Under the pieces are notes generated by a model. It ran no database searches, was not told the origin of the DNA, and saw only the letters and a program-made list of their open reading frames with translations. This document shows positions 1 to 12,689 of a stretch of 39,392 nucleotides of DNA, piece after piece. A program made the translations under genes and the position numbers. The stretch's first letter is position 1, and each line of letters starts with the position of its first letter. This DNA comes from Conidiobolus incongruus B7586 (taxonomy: Eukaryota): the NCBI GenBank assembly GCA_000697335.1, contig JNEM01009877.1:1-39392 (forward strand), written 5' to 3'.

Positions 1-520
1 ATATAAATGATCAAAAATTTATAAAATATTAATATATTTTATATAACTTTCTAAATTTATAGAATTTCAATTAATAATATACTTATTAATATTTTAAAGA
101 TTAAAACTAATAATTTATAAAAAGGATCTTATATATATCTATAATAAAAATATCAATAAATTATTTAAAAAGTCTTATAATATATTTAAGTAAACCTTAA
201 TTGATATAAAATTATTTTTTATATAATATAATATATTGCAATAAATATTACTAATATATAATATATGCTGATATGGATATTTATATATATAACTTAGATT
301 AATTAAAATTTCCAATATATTGAATATATTATAAAGATAGATAGAGATATTAATAATATTAAAAATTTACTGCTTTGTTATCTAATAATGAATCAAGTGA
401 AACTTTTAAGCTTAGAGTTTGAGCTTATCCCCTTAGAGTTTGTAATTTATATTACAAAATTCAAATTATATAATTAAGTTCAACTATTTTTGAATAAGTC
501 TAATTATAAATAAAATATTA

Positions 521-1837
521 TTAGTGTAGAAATTAAGTAATAGCACAATTTTAAAATTAAAATTAAACAAATAATTTAATAATTAATATATAAAAATTAA
601 TGAATAATATAAAATTAATAGCCTTTTTTATTATTAATAACTTTTTTCTATATCTTTGATAAGCTTCTAATACTTAAATAACAGTTCTTTTTATTAAAAA
701 CTGAAATTTGATATTTTACAAACCAATTTAATTTGTTTGCAGGAATTTTTTTTCTTGCAAGCTGTTTTTTTTAATTGTCTAAAACAATTATAATCATATA
801 GGTTATAATTAAATGAATATACTAGATATGGTAACTCCCTTTAATTTTTTTTATATAAAAAATCTTTTATAACTTTAGTTTTATATATTTTACAATTATT
901 ATACAAAATAATAAGTGTCTTTAATTTATATTGAGAACATCATTTAAAAATTATTTTATTTATAAAAGTAATATATAACTTACTATTAATTGATTTTCTT
1001 TAAGATATTAAATAAAAAAACTATATACCAGTATAATCTATTATAATAATTAACATTTGCTTATATTTAACATACTTATTCATTAGAATTTATAGAGTGG
1101 ATTAATCTAGTTTAACCCAACATCTTGTTTTATTTTTAAGTAAAAGATTATATAAAGGAATTTAAATTCAGCAATTATAAATATTCACTGTAAAAAACTT
1201 TGTTTTTGGTTATACCTTAATAAGTTTAGTTTAGCTATAGCTACTCTAGTTCTCTTTTAGGCTTTTGTTAAATTATAAGATATCTATTTTATATTTTTAT
1301 TAATTAATCTAAGTTTAAACTTAAGTAAATATAACATGCTTATATAATTAACAATAAATTACTTTAATAGTTCTCTAACAAAAATAAAAAGATATTTCTT
1401 AATATATTTTTTACTTTATTAATAAGTAAAAGAGTAACAATAGAAATTAGTCTTTTAGATTTTGATAAATTTTAAATAGTATCCCTTCTAGCTTTAAAAT
1501 CACAAATCTAGCAATATATGGTAATTTTAGATAAAATATTATCTCTATAAGCTGTTTACAAGTTTTAGATGATTTTAAAGGGTTTATGCTTAAGTTTTAA
1601 TAATACAAAAATAAAAGCCTTTGATAATTACAATCTAGTTTAAGTATGATTAAATTTAAGTATAAATTTTAAAATCAAAATATTCTAATAAAAAAAAATA
1701 ATAAAAATTAAATATATATATAGTTTGAAAATATTTATTTTCCTCTATATTTTATATATATATAATCTTTCAAAATATATAATATGTTTGAAAGATTAGA
1801 AATTAAAAAATTTGCCATTTTTTAATTTCTATACTAA
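521..1837 (-). mobile_element. Mariner (Tc1/mariner, DD34D) DNA transposon, full-length degenerate copy A (1317 bp)
   Basis: Imperfect ~30 bp TIRs (TTAGTGTAGAAATTAAGTAATAGCAC... / ...TGCCATTTTTTAATTTCTATACTAA), each flanked by TA. Reverse complement is colinear with 25404-26727 and 11393-12689. Fossil transposase motifs on the - strand: K*ISYNL (WVPHEL-like) and RELPYLVYSFNYNLYDY (LPHPPYSPDLAPSDY-like). Confidence 0.93.
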
Positions 1838-3637
1838 TATTATTTAAAATCTCTAACTTGATTTGTCTAAAGCTAAATTTAAAATGAACTAATGGGTTTC
1901 TAACTTAAGTAAGATTATAATAATTTTGTATTATTTAAAAATAAACTCATAAAATAATTTCATTTCATTGTTAAACTAGAATAATAAAATATTTCATAAT
2001 ATCAGATTCAGATATTATATTTTGATAATAAAAATAGAAATACATAGATAAAAAATTATTAAATATAGTTAATAGATAAATTTATTTTAAGTATTATAAA
2101 ATCTTTATCTGATATAATTATACTTTTTTAGAAAAATCTTTAAAATTCTATGGTCTTATGACATATTTAGTTCTTAAAGGGTTATACTATAAAAAAATTA
2201 AAAATTCTGGCAAAATTGTTGTTGCAAATGTTATTAATATAATTAAAAACTTTATAATATTAAACTAAAATTTTTAGTTTATTTATATTTATTATAGTTT
2301 CTATTAATTTACAGTATATATTCACCATATTTAAATATAATAATTTTAATTGTAGATGTTAGTATTATAACATCTATAAATATATATCAGGAAAGGATGA
2401 AACTATCCCTAAATGAGAATTTGATCTTATTTAAAACAAGTTAATAGATTAAGAATCACACACTTTTAAATCATATAGCTCAAGATTCATTATATATTTA
2501 TATATTGCGAAGCTATATTATAATCAACGTTAATCAATGATTATATCTAATTTTCGACATTGGAAACATCGATGACCATTAAAATATCAAAGAGTTCAAC
2601 TTTCAAAATAATTAGATAAATGTAAATATAATAATTATAGTTGTTAACTTGTTAAATTTTTTTTAAATCATTTATATAATGATTTCCAGATATAAAAAAA
2701 TTCAAGTATTTATTTCGATCAAGTAACTAGTATAGTCTATATAAAATGATATAATTATTACTGTTTATATGTGTTTCTCCTATCTATGAAAGTTTTATAC
2801 ACTCAATTTTATTATTTTGCAATTAAACAATACTATTCGCATAGAGTTTGAATATTAAAAGGAATAAATTATGATTTATTATATATTATGAAATATGATG
2901 TTTATATATATAGTAAGATAATATAGATTGATCTTTATTATTAAATCAATCCAATTCACTTTCGATTATTTATCAATTTAAAAAAGGAATTTAAGATAGT
3001 TACTTTAATATACTAATAAAAATATTTTTACTTGTTAATATTAAGAATTTTTAATAGGTATACAATTGTTAAAATCATAATAAAATATGTAATAAAATAT
3101 TACTATATCTCGCATACGAATTAATTCTATACATGAATAATATAGAATATTGCAAAAAATTGTTTAATTTAGAAAGGGTATGAATATGAATGAATAATTT
3201 GATCATCATAAATAATATTAATTTAATTATAGTTTTGACATAGAGTTGTATCAATGATAAATTGTGAATTTTAAAATTGAACCATGTTCCAAAATGAGTT
3301 AAAAAATTAATCAAAATACAAAGCACATAAACGTTCAAAATTTTGTATACATTTCACTTATCCAATTAAATAATCGAAATGCATCAGAAATGTAATTTAT
3401 TAAATATTTACACCAATTATCACTATTATTTTTAGATTTCTAATATTTTTAATTAAAATTTGAGGAAATGTTAAGCGGTAATTATTACCAGTAAAATTTT
3501 ATTATGTTTATTGATATTGTCCGCTTGTATACATAATTTGGATTGTTGCTACATTTATATCAAAGTGTATATGCTAGAAACTTTGATCAAGTATCTCTAC
3601 TATAATTAAGTAATAATATATCTAATATAAAAACATT

Positions 3638-3796
3638 ATGAAATTGATTAACTTTGTCGCTTTGGCCGCTTTTACTACTGCTTTGCCTCATCCTCACGAT
3701 GATGCTAGTAACAAGCCCCAACTGCTCAAGCTGGATTTAATCGTCGATATCTTGCATCTTCTTAATTTGAATCTAAATACCGAAGGAAATAACTAA
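3638..3796 (+). CDS. Small secreted protein, 52 aa (MKLINFVALAAFTTA-LPHPHDDASNKPQLLKLDLIVDILHLLNLNLNTEGNN); not in the ORF track
   Basis: GC-richer island with host-like codon usage, ATG at 3638 and TAA at 3794-3796. Signal peptide with a plausible TTA|LP cleavage. The C-terminal motif aligns without gaps to the C-terminus of the 5975-6574 protein. Confidence 0.8.
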   Translation: MKLINFVALAAFTTALPHPHDDASNKPQLLKLDLIVDILHLLNLNLNTEGNN

Positions 3797-5974
3797 TACT
3801 ACTCTAAATAATTCATTCTGATGTAATAAATCACACTGTACATTTTTATATTGGATATGCCAGTCATTTTTTATTTACGAATTATCTGAGTAATTAATTT
3901 TTTATTTTAATAAATATGGTAATAATTTATAATTCATAATACATATTAAATTTAAAAATATTATTATACTTTCCAGATTTACGAATTTTTAATTATTTTA
4001 TTAAATATAATACAACTATTTTAAAATTAACATATATATATATATATATACAACATTCAATTAATACAAATTTATAGAATTAAAACCATAAATTTAGATT
4101 CCTATTAAGATGTATAACAATTATAACTATTATTAAATTTGCTATATATTAAAAGTGATTATTGCAAATTGTGTTAAAAATTTGAAAAAACATTTTTATT
4201 TAATTATTATTAAAACAGAATAAAATTTATTATTCTAATCTAAAATAATTTTTATTAATTGGGGAAATTAATAAAAATCTTTTTAAATTTAAAAATTTCT
4301 ATATAAAAATTAAATTTCAATGTATTTATATAAATTCAATGTATACTGATTTCCCGAAAACCAAAAGTATTCACAATTTTTAATACTAATGCGTGGTTTT
4401 CACATTTAAATTAAAATAAATACAATTTGTATCTAAAGTTGGCTACCTCAAATATATCATATTACCATCAACCAATTGTTAAGTTAAATCTGGTATAATA
4501 TATCTTCAAAGATCAATTTAACTCAAATTTCAAATATATAATTTTTATAAGCATTTTACTATAAATTATATATATTGATATGGAATTAAATATAATGACT
4601 AAAATGTCCAATTCACAATAGTCTATTAACATTAATATTTAAAAACTGTTAAATAATCACCATGATTATAATTCATTGAAATTTGAATTCTAAGGGATAT
4701 TTAATACTAAAGAATTCGGAAACATTTGCTAAATTTAGAATATACTCATATTTTGGGATTTACTTTTTGTTGCAAGATGTCTTTGAAATTATATTATCAG
4801 AAGACATTCCAAAGGTATATTAAAATTATGATTACTGCAAGTATCAATTAGTAAATTATTATAAAGTTAATAATTTCTGAATATTTTAGGAAAATATAAT
4901 CTGATTGCCATTTTGAAATCTACCGTAAAATATATTAATATTATATAATAAATCAATAATGTTATATTGAAATATATAAAAGTGAAATTATTTAGGAAAT
5001 TTTTTTCTTAGGTAAAAACTGTTTCACATTCTAGGTCAAATTCTATGTAAATTGGCACTTTAATTAATAAATCCTTATTACAATAAACCATCAAATTTCA
5101 ACTCTTGGACATATTTTGTGTTATTTTTAGCATTTTATATTATTGATTGTAGCTGATTTCTATTAAATTGATATTTGTTTAGCCATTTTTAATCATTGAA
5201 TATGCTGAATAGATTATGCATTATATAATAAACATATATTCAATCCGAGTTTTCAATCAAATTTTGATTTAACTTTAAGAATAAATTTTTTCAATTTGAT
5301 TTACTAGAATCTTACTGAAAGAAGAGATTTGAAACAGTTGCAAAGTTAGGTCATTAAATAATTGATAACTGATACTGAATCATATTTTACTGTTAACTGC
5401 GATTCTTATGATAAGTTAGATTGTAATAGATATACTCTGGTGAGAAAATATATTTAGAACATCAATGTTAACCCATCAACAAAATATCAGTGCCTTCCTA
5501 TAGCAAATGAGATACAAATTATATGTGGGGTCATTCAAAAAATTGTCAATTTAATATGATAAATATTGCTTAAATCCGATTCATTAAAAATAGAATTATT
5601 GATTAATTAACTGACTAATAGGAGCTCTATATTTACTATTAATCATATGTATTACAATTGTGAATAGTGGTTTGAATGGGTAGAACCTTTAATAACATTT
5701 TTAACCGCTAATTGGATCAACTTTTTACAAAGAAAATTTCAGAGGTTTTCATTCTTATTAGTACAACATCTGAATTAAATTGGCTAAAAGATAGTTCTGT
5801 TGTATTGGCTTGTAATTAATTGAAAGATAAGGAAATAAAAATAAACATAGATTCAACTATCATAGATAATAGCAATTGATTGAAATTATTATAAATACTC
5901 GTGTTCGAGTCATTGAGATATTCAGTACATCATCATAATATTTATAATAATATTTCATTAATTTAATATTCAAA

Positions 5975-6574
5975 ATGGCCTCTATTAAGACTGTATTCAT
6001 TTCTACTTTATTAGCTGTTGCTTTGGCCATACCTGATTACAAACAATATCCTGTACCTACCACCGCTACAGTTCCAGCATATCCTCTTCCTGCTACCACT
6101 ACCACTGTTGCTCCCGTCATTAGTACTACTACTACTACTAATCCCGTCTATCCTGTCCCTGAACCTACTACTACTAGTAGCAACGGCTATGAACAAAATA
6201 CTACTACCACTACCACTACCACTACTACGGTTGCCCCAATTACTAGTCCCACTACCACTACTACTAGTAGCAATGGCTATGCACAAAAGACCACCACTAC
6301 CACCACAACTACCAAATACCCTCAAAAAACTACTACCACTACCACTGCAGGCCCTACTACCATTCCCAACACTACCACCACTACCAAATATCCTCAACGA
6401 ACCACTACTACTACCAAATACCCTCAAAAGACTACCACCACTACCACTGGATACAACCCCGGTCCAACTAAGCATCCTAAGAAGCCCTGCCAAACCAAAG
6501 GCTTATTGGGCATCTGTTTGGACGCCGAAGTGCTCGATATTGTCAAACTCAAACTCTTGGCTGACTTACTCTAA
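5975..6574 (+). CDS. Secreted Thr/Pro-rich (mucin-like) protein, 199 aa, with hydrophobic C-terminal motif
   Basis: Signal peptide MASIKTVFISTLLAVALA. Internal repeats TTTSSNGY(E/A)Q x2 and TTTKYPQ(K/R)TTT x3. TATAAATA about 85 bp upstream. C-terminus CQTKGLLGICLDAEVLDIVKLKLLADLL. Confidence 0.9.
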   Translation: MASIKTVFISTLLAVALAIPDYKQYPVPTTATVPAYPLPATTTTVAPVISTTTTTNPVYPVPEPTTTSSNGYEQNTTTTTTTTTTVAPITSPTTTTTSSNGYAQKTTTTTTTTKYPQKTTTTTTAGPTTIPNTTTTTKYPQRTTTTTKYPQKTTTTTTGYNPGPTKHPKKPCQTKGLLGICLDAEVLDIVKLKLLADLL

Positions 6575-8116
6575 TTAATCTCTAAACATCCCAATTCTAT
6601 AAAATCTTCACAAATAATCATATCTAATATTAAATTAATCCCAACACTATAATTTTGCAAATTATAAAATATTATCTGTAATAAATTTTTTTAATTTTCA
6701 CATATTATTATAAATTTAAATTTAAACTTAATATTTAATTCAAAAATCCATCAATTGATTTAATATTTTATTCAAAATATAATTGCTAAATAATTAAATC
6801 AATAAAATACTATTATTTGTTATCAACATTATCAAATTTGAAATATTATATTAAATACCGACACTTGTTAATTTGAACCTTATTATTGGCTGATTGATGA
6901 TTATGCGATTCAAAATATCTTTCTGTAGTATATGATGGAATTTGTTCATTATTGAATATCATTGAATATCATATTACAGATTTATAAATTAATCAATAAT
7001 TATATCATTATTATTTCAATATAATCATAACAATAATATAGTATTCTTTCGATAATTCAATTTTAACCTAGCAAATTCATAAAATGTATGTCTATATTAA
7101 AACCACCATTATTATGAAAATTTTAAATCAATATTCCTATTGAATATATTTAATCAATTAATAGTAACTGAAAGTAAATCATATTAAATTTGGTTTAAAA
7201 TATTTATTTCTTATTGATAATTTTATATTCAATTATAATTTGCATGAATTTTATAAATAATGTCAAAAATCAAAAAAAAGAAATAGAGGAGATTTGATAT
7301 TTAACAAGTGATAAATATTTTATAAAATTGAAATTGATATCAAATTACAAAAATTTACATTAATAGAAATAATTTTGAGTTGATTTGAAGAATCTGTTAT
7401 TATTGTTAAATCTCATATATTATTCTAGTAATTCGGTTTTTTAATTTGAATTATAAACACAAAAGAAAATATTGAATATTGACTTAAATTTGGCAATTCA
7501 ATACTCAACAATTAAAGTTTTTCAAATTTAATAGTAAATTGTAAGATTTAATTTGTCATCTATATTATATATCTTATATTGATTTATCTAATAATTTGAG
7601 AATGTTGTGATACTGTATAAATGTTAATAAGTTGCACGCTAAATAAATATCAAGTAAACAATTTAAAACTTGAACTATTTTTCTATTCTTTCCCTATCTC
7701 AAGAGATATTAAACTAAATTGATATTAGTAATTAGTTAAAACTATGTGAATATAAACTATTAATCACAGATTTTAGTTCAATATTCATTATATAATATGT
7801 GCTTTTTCTATTAATCTGTTTAATATCCAATTCTAGAAAAATCTAAGTGAACACAACATCTCTCTGCATTAGTAATCAAAACAACAAACAAATTTTTGAA
7901 CAATTATAATCCCATAAAATTAGATAAGTAATTTTTATTTTTAAAAGGATCACCACAATTTTTTTTAAATTTAAAAGGTCTAAATACATAATAATATCAC
8001 ATTATATTACATTTAATATATTATAGACCTATAGACCAATTTCTTATACTAAAAATAATTTGAAATTATTTTAATAGATTCAATATATATCTAATTCTAT
8101 CTTCACCATAAATATC

Positions 8117-10726
8117 ATGTCATCTTTAGATTCTATTGAATTATTACAATGGAGTTTTATAACTCAACAAAATATGCCAGTACTAGGTTCTGATATATCG
8201 AAATATGAATTAGTTAACGAATTGAGTTCTTTGTTAAAAGACGGCAAATTTTTTGAAATTATTTCTAATCCTGTATTTAACTTTGTATACTCTCAAATCC
8301 CTGCTGATGAGAGCATTAAGCAAATTGCCGATAGTGTGAATAAGGAAGACGCTACCATTACCGAAGCCTACATCCAATTGAAGGCTTACCAGCTCCACAT
8401 CAAGAGAGCCATTGAGACCTGGATCAAGGAAGATAATATCCATCACATTTTGATGTTGATTCTAGGTATTGCTCTACTAAATTTTTTCGTTCAGGTTGGT
8501 TGGACAGGTCCCGAAATGAGTAAGGAGCAAGCTGGAGAACTTTCACAACTTTTCAAAGTGATTTACCCTAATCCCGACGATTTTTCTGCTAAGAGATCCA
8601 ATACGACGGATGCTATCCTTAGAGATTTTTCTGTAGAAGGTGAAGATGCTTACCATTTGACTTTATATCCTGCTATGTTATGGTATTCTGAAACTATTTT
8701 AAGCGTCCTAGTCCCTCTTGGATTGGCCAAGAGCTCCAACTGGTGGTTAAGTCGTGCTTTATTTTTCAAGCAACGTTTATTAGATAACCCTACTGAAACT
8801 TTGAAGAATACTATATATAACCTTTTGAAACCTTTTATTGATTCTTTACCCACTTTGGAGCCCACTCATCCAGATTTTGAATTGTTTTCCGATTTGGGAT
8901 CTCGTCTCTGGATTGAATTGGGTCTTCACAACCACTTATTTTACCAGGATCAACAAGCTGTTGAATGCTACGATCGCTCTAAAGATTGGAGTGGTCTCCA
9001 ATACCAGATTACTGGTGCCCTGGGTAAGCGAACCAAATACCAGCAAAGAGATATCAGTCAGCTTGTTTTGTGGGCTAAAAGTAGAAAAGCTGGCGAACAA
9101 ACTGAAAAACCCAAGCTTCCCGAGACTCTTCCATTGAACGATGATACCCTTATGGAAAATATTAAATTCGCTGAAAATGCAGAAGATGAAGAATTCCAAA
9201 AGGAAATTTCTAATCCCTCCTCTTTGGCTAAGATTGACCAATGTATCTTGTTGGCTTACTGTCTCAATATTAAGAATACTAACCCTGATCACGGTATTAC
9301 CAACGAACAGATGTTCCCATATGTCACTAGAGTTTTAGCTCATCCCAACAACTGGATGATTCATACCATGGGTTTAGTTTTGAGATCTCGCTTGGAAAGC
9401 ACCAAATCCAGGACTGTCGAAAGATCAGTATTCCAATTACAAGCTTTAGTTGACCAATGGAATGTTACTGACTCTCAAGTCACTGAAAGATTGGAGCATA
9501 TTCACTCCCTCTTACTCCCATCCAAATGGGAAATGGAAAAGGAACTCGCTGAAAGATTCATGTCTCTTGGTATCATCAGATCAGCTCTTGAAATTTACCA
9601 AAAGTTAGAATTATGGGAACAAGTTATTAACTGTCACTTGATCCTTGAGAAAGAAGATCACGCCATGGCTGTGATTGAAGAGCAACTTGCTATCAATCCT
9701 AACTCTCCCAAATTACTCTGTCTCAAGGGTGATGCTACCGAAGATCCCACGTGGTACCACCGTGCTTGGGATATTTCTGGTCAGAGATACTCTCGTGCTA
9801 TGAGATCTCTTGGTAGCTACTACTTTAAGAAGGGTGAATACAACTCATCCGTTGGTTGCTTCATGAAGGCTTTGAGTATTAATCCTCTCTTTGAGCACTC
9901 CTGGTACCTTTGTGGATGTGCTGCCATGCAATGTGAAAACTATGAAATTGCCGCTCAAGCTTTCCGTCAAGTCATTTCCATCGATGACGAAAATGCTGAA
10001 GCTTGGAACAACTTAGCTTCCATTTACCTCAAGATTAACCAGAAGAAGGAAGCCTTCCTCGCCTTCAAGCAAGCTTTGAAGCGCAAGTACGAAAACTGGA
10101 AGATTTGGACCAATTACATGTATACCAGTTTGGATATGGGCTACATTGGCGAAGCTATCCGTGCCTTTGAAAAAATCGTTGATCTCAGATGGAAAGACGT
10201 TAAGGAAGCTTGTGTCGACCAAGAAATTTTGGGTATTTTCATTAATGCTGTCCTCAACGACACTCCCGACGCTAAAGGTCAAGGATCTGCTAGATATGCT
10301 GCTCAATTGGAGAGTTTGATCAAAAACACAATTTTGACCAGAATTGTCGCAGATGCTGGTATTTGGAAGCTGTACGCCAAATTGTTGCTCAGTAACAAGC
10401 GTTATGCCGAAGCTTTAGACTGTCAGGTTAAAGCTTACAGAGCCATCTCCCACAAAGCTGACTTATTGACCAACCCCGAATCCTTCCAAATCGTCAGTGA
10501 AAGTTTAATCGAATTGGTCGATAGTTACCAGAGCTTGGGATCTCAGCCCAACCCGACACCAGAGAACCCCGACGCTGTGGTATGCCCCGATTGGAATTAC
10601 CAATCCCGCATGCTACTCCGAAACTTAATTGCCAAAACTAAGAACACCTACGAAGGGGAACATCACCACAATCTGTTGGTGAATGCTTTGGAAGAGTTGC
10701 CTCCCGCCAACAAAATTCAAAAATAA
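8117..10726 (+). CDS. EMW1: TPR-repeat protein, EMW1/TTC27 family (869 aa, intronless)
   Basis: Family-like segments FVQVGWTGP, GALGKRTKYQQ, NWMIHTMGLVLRSRLE and RTVERSVFQLQALVDQ, followed by TPR repeats (ARAMRSLG-like SRAMRSLG; AEAWNNLASIY). Confidence 0.88.
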   Translation: MSSLDSIELLQWSFITQQNMPVLGSDISKYELVNELSSLLKDGKFFEIISNPVFNFVYSQIPADESIKQIADSVNKEDATITEAYIQLKAYQLHIKRAIETWIKEDNIHHILMLILGIALLNFFVQVGWTGPEMSKEQAGELSQLFKVIYPNPDDFSAKRSNTTDAILRDFSVEGEDAYHLTLYPAMLWYSETILSVLVPLGLAKSSNWWLSRALFFKQRLLDNPTETLKNTIYNLLKPFIDSLPTLEPTHPDFELFSDLGSRLWIELGLHNHLFYQDQQAVECYDRSKDWSGLQYQITGALGKRTKYQQRDISQLVLWAKSRKAGEQTEKPKLPETLPLNDDTLMENIKFAENAEDEEFQKEISNPSSLAKIDQCILLAYCLNIKNTNPDHGITNEQMFPYVTRVLAHPNNWMIHTMGLVLRSRLESTKSRTVERSVFQLQALVDQWNVTDSQVTERLEHIHSLLLPSKWEMEKELAERFMSLGIIRSALEIYQKLELWEQVINCHLILEKEDHAMAVIEEQLAINPNSPKLLCLKGDATEDPTWYHRAWDISGQRYSRAMRSLGSYYFKKGEYNSSVGCFMKALSINPLFEHSWYLCGCAAMQCENYEIAAQAFRQVISIDDENAEAWNNLASIYLKINQKKEAFLAFKQALKRKYENWKIWTNYMYTSLDMGYIGEAIRAFEKIVDLRWKDVKEACVDQEILGIFINAVLNDTPDAKGQGSARYAAQLESLIKNTILTRIVADAGIWKLYAKLLLSNKRYAEALDCQVKAYRAISHKADLLTNPESFQIVSESLIELVDSYQSLGSQPNPTPENPDAVVCPDWNYQSRMLLRNLIAKTKNTYEGEHHHNLLVNALEELPPANKIQK

Positions 10727-10826
10727 TCATTTTGTAAAAATTTATCCCAATATTTATAATTATTTCATTTCATTTCATCTTTTATTATTTAAACTTTTTG
10801 CAATTTTTTGTTAAATAATAAATCAT

Positions 10827-10829
<3 letters not shown>

Positions 10830-10868
<39 letters not shown>
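10830..10868. repeat. (TA)n microsatellite, about 19 units
   Basis: Perfect TA run read directly. Confidence 0.95.
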
Positions 10869-10872
<4 letters not shown>

Positions 10873-11392
10873 GTCGTTATACCTTAAGTTGTATTAATTT
10901 TTTAATTGTTAAATAGTTTGATATTTGAATAAATAATTGGCACTATTTAAATTTATCAACATTAATTTCAATCCAATTAATTATTGTATGAAATAATTTT
11001 ATAATGAAATATATATTCCTACAGATAATTATAATATTGAACAGTAATAAATACCGAATATATTCCATTATAATTTCAAGTTTATTCCTAAATACATTTT
11101 ACAAATATATCATTGAAATTATCAATATGATAATAAAGAATTAATAAATTTTTTAATTGAAGAAATATCAATGGAATTTTATTATGATCTACCAAGTATA
11201 AATCAAAAATTATGTAAACAATATATAATTAAATTTTTTCAAATAGTATATTTGATTCAATTGATATTATCATCTAAGTATAGCTTATTATTGATAACTA
11301 TTATAAAAAAATTGTGTGTATCATTATTAATAAAACAAATCTTATTTACTGATTAATTTATAACCTATGAAAATTTAACATAAATTAAAATA

Positions 11393-12689
11393 TTACTATA
11401 GAATTAAAAAAATGGGAAATTTTTTAATTTCTGATTTTTCAAACATATTATTAGTTTCAAATAAAAAATATATATAAAACAAATAAGAAAATAAATAGTT
11501 TTAAATTATATATATATATATATATATATAATAATTTTTTAAAATTAGTTGTTTAATTTAATTATGTTTAAATTAAATAGTAACCATTAAAAGTTTTTTA
11601 TTTTAGTATTAGTAAAACTTAACCATAAACCCTTTAAAATCATTTAAAATTTATAAACAACTTTTAATAATAAAGTATTATCTAAATTAATAATTTATTG
11701 CTAGGTAAATTACTTTAATGTTAAAAGAGAAACTACCTAAAACTTGTTAAAATCTAAAAGATTAATTTTAACTATTACTCTTTTAATTGTTAATAAAGTA
11801 AAAAAATATATTAAAAAACACTTTTTTATTTTAGTTAAAAAATTATCAACACACTTTAATATTAGTTACACAAGTATTTTATATATATTACAGTTTAAAT
11901 TAAAATTAATTAATAAAAATATAAAATAAACACCTTATAATTTAACTAAAGCTTAAAAAAAAGCTAGAGTAACTATTGTTAAATAAAACTTACTAAGGTA
12001 TAGTTAAAAACCAAAGCTTTTACAGTAAATTATTATAATTGATGAATCTTAAATTTTTTTATAATATCCTCTATTAAAACATAAATCAAAGTGTTAGATT
12101 AAGTTAAATCAACCCTCTCTACAAATTCCTTTAAATAAACACTTTGTTGATAAGTGAATATTAATTGTTATAATAGATTATAATAACATATGCTATTTTT
12201 ATTTAGTTTTTAAAAGAAAATTAATTAATAGTAAATTTTATATTTTTTTTAAATATAACTATTTCTAATTAGTATTCTCAATATAATTTAAAAAGATTTA
12301 TTATTTTACATGATAATTATAAAATATATAAATTTAAAGTTGTAAAAAACTTTTTAATTAAAAATAACTAGAAAAAACTACCACATCTAATATATTCTTT
12401 AGATTATAACCTATATGATTATAATTGTTTTAGGTAATTAAAAAACCAGCTTATAAGAAAGAAAATTTCTACAAGAAAATTTAATTGGTTTGTGAAACAT
12501 CAAATTTTAGTCTTTAATAAAAAGAATTATTTTTTAAGTGTTAGATCTTTGTTAAAAGTATAACAAAAAGTTATTAGAAATAAAAGAAATTAATAATTTT
12601 ATAATATATATTTATTTTTACTTTTTATATATTAAAATGTTTACTTTTTTCAATTGCAAAAAATTCCCATTATTTAAATTACAAAGTAA
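11393..12689 (+). mobile_element. Mariner DD34D transposon, full-length degenerate copy B (1297 bp; more diverged variant)
   Basis: TA|TTACTATAGAATT... to ...ACAAAGTAA|TA. Retains all three catalytic Asp codons: GAT 12041 (IDES*, where * was W), GAT 12312 (LHDN) and GAT 12417 (YDY). The last two are 105 nt apart, giving 34 intervening residues. The ORF-track 11744-11929 peptide is the decayed HTH region of this transposase. Confidence 0.92.

Noticed and set aside
516..520. Alternative target-site duplications TATTA or ATT for the repeat
   Set aside because: They fit copies A and C but not B; only TA fits every visible end and agrees with the mariner motifs.
3075..3338. AT-rich ORFs in the track (3075-3338, 11171-11356, 27765-28109, 32134-32322, 33543-33731, 37638-37943)
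   Set aside because: Ile/Leu/Phe/Tyr/Asn/Lys-rich composition expected from random AT-rich DNA or UTRs; no motifs, no host codon bias.
6011..6578. Antisense and alternate-frame ORFs overlapping real genes (also within EMW1, PDA1, the aldolase, the carboxypeptidase and JSN1)
   Set aside because: Shadow frames produced by codon bias and ACT/ACC repeats.
11744..11929. 61-aa ORF as an independent gene
   Set aside because: It is a stop-free stretch of the decayed mariner transposase, ending at the mutated Trp of the WVPH motif.
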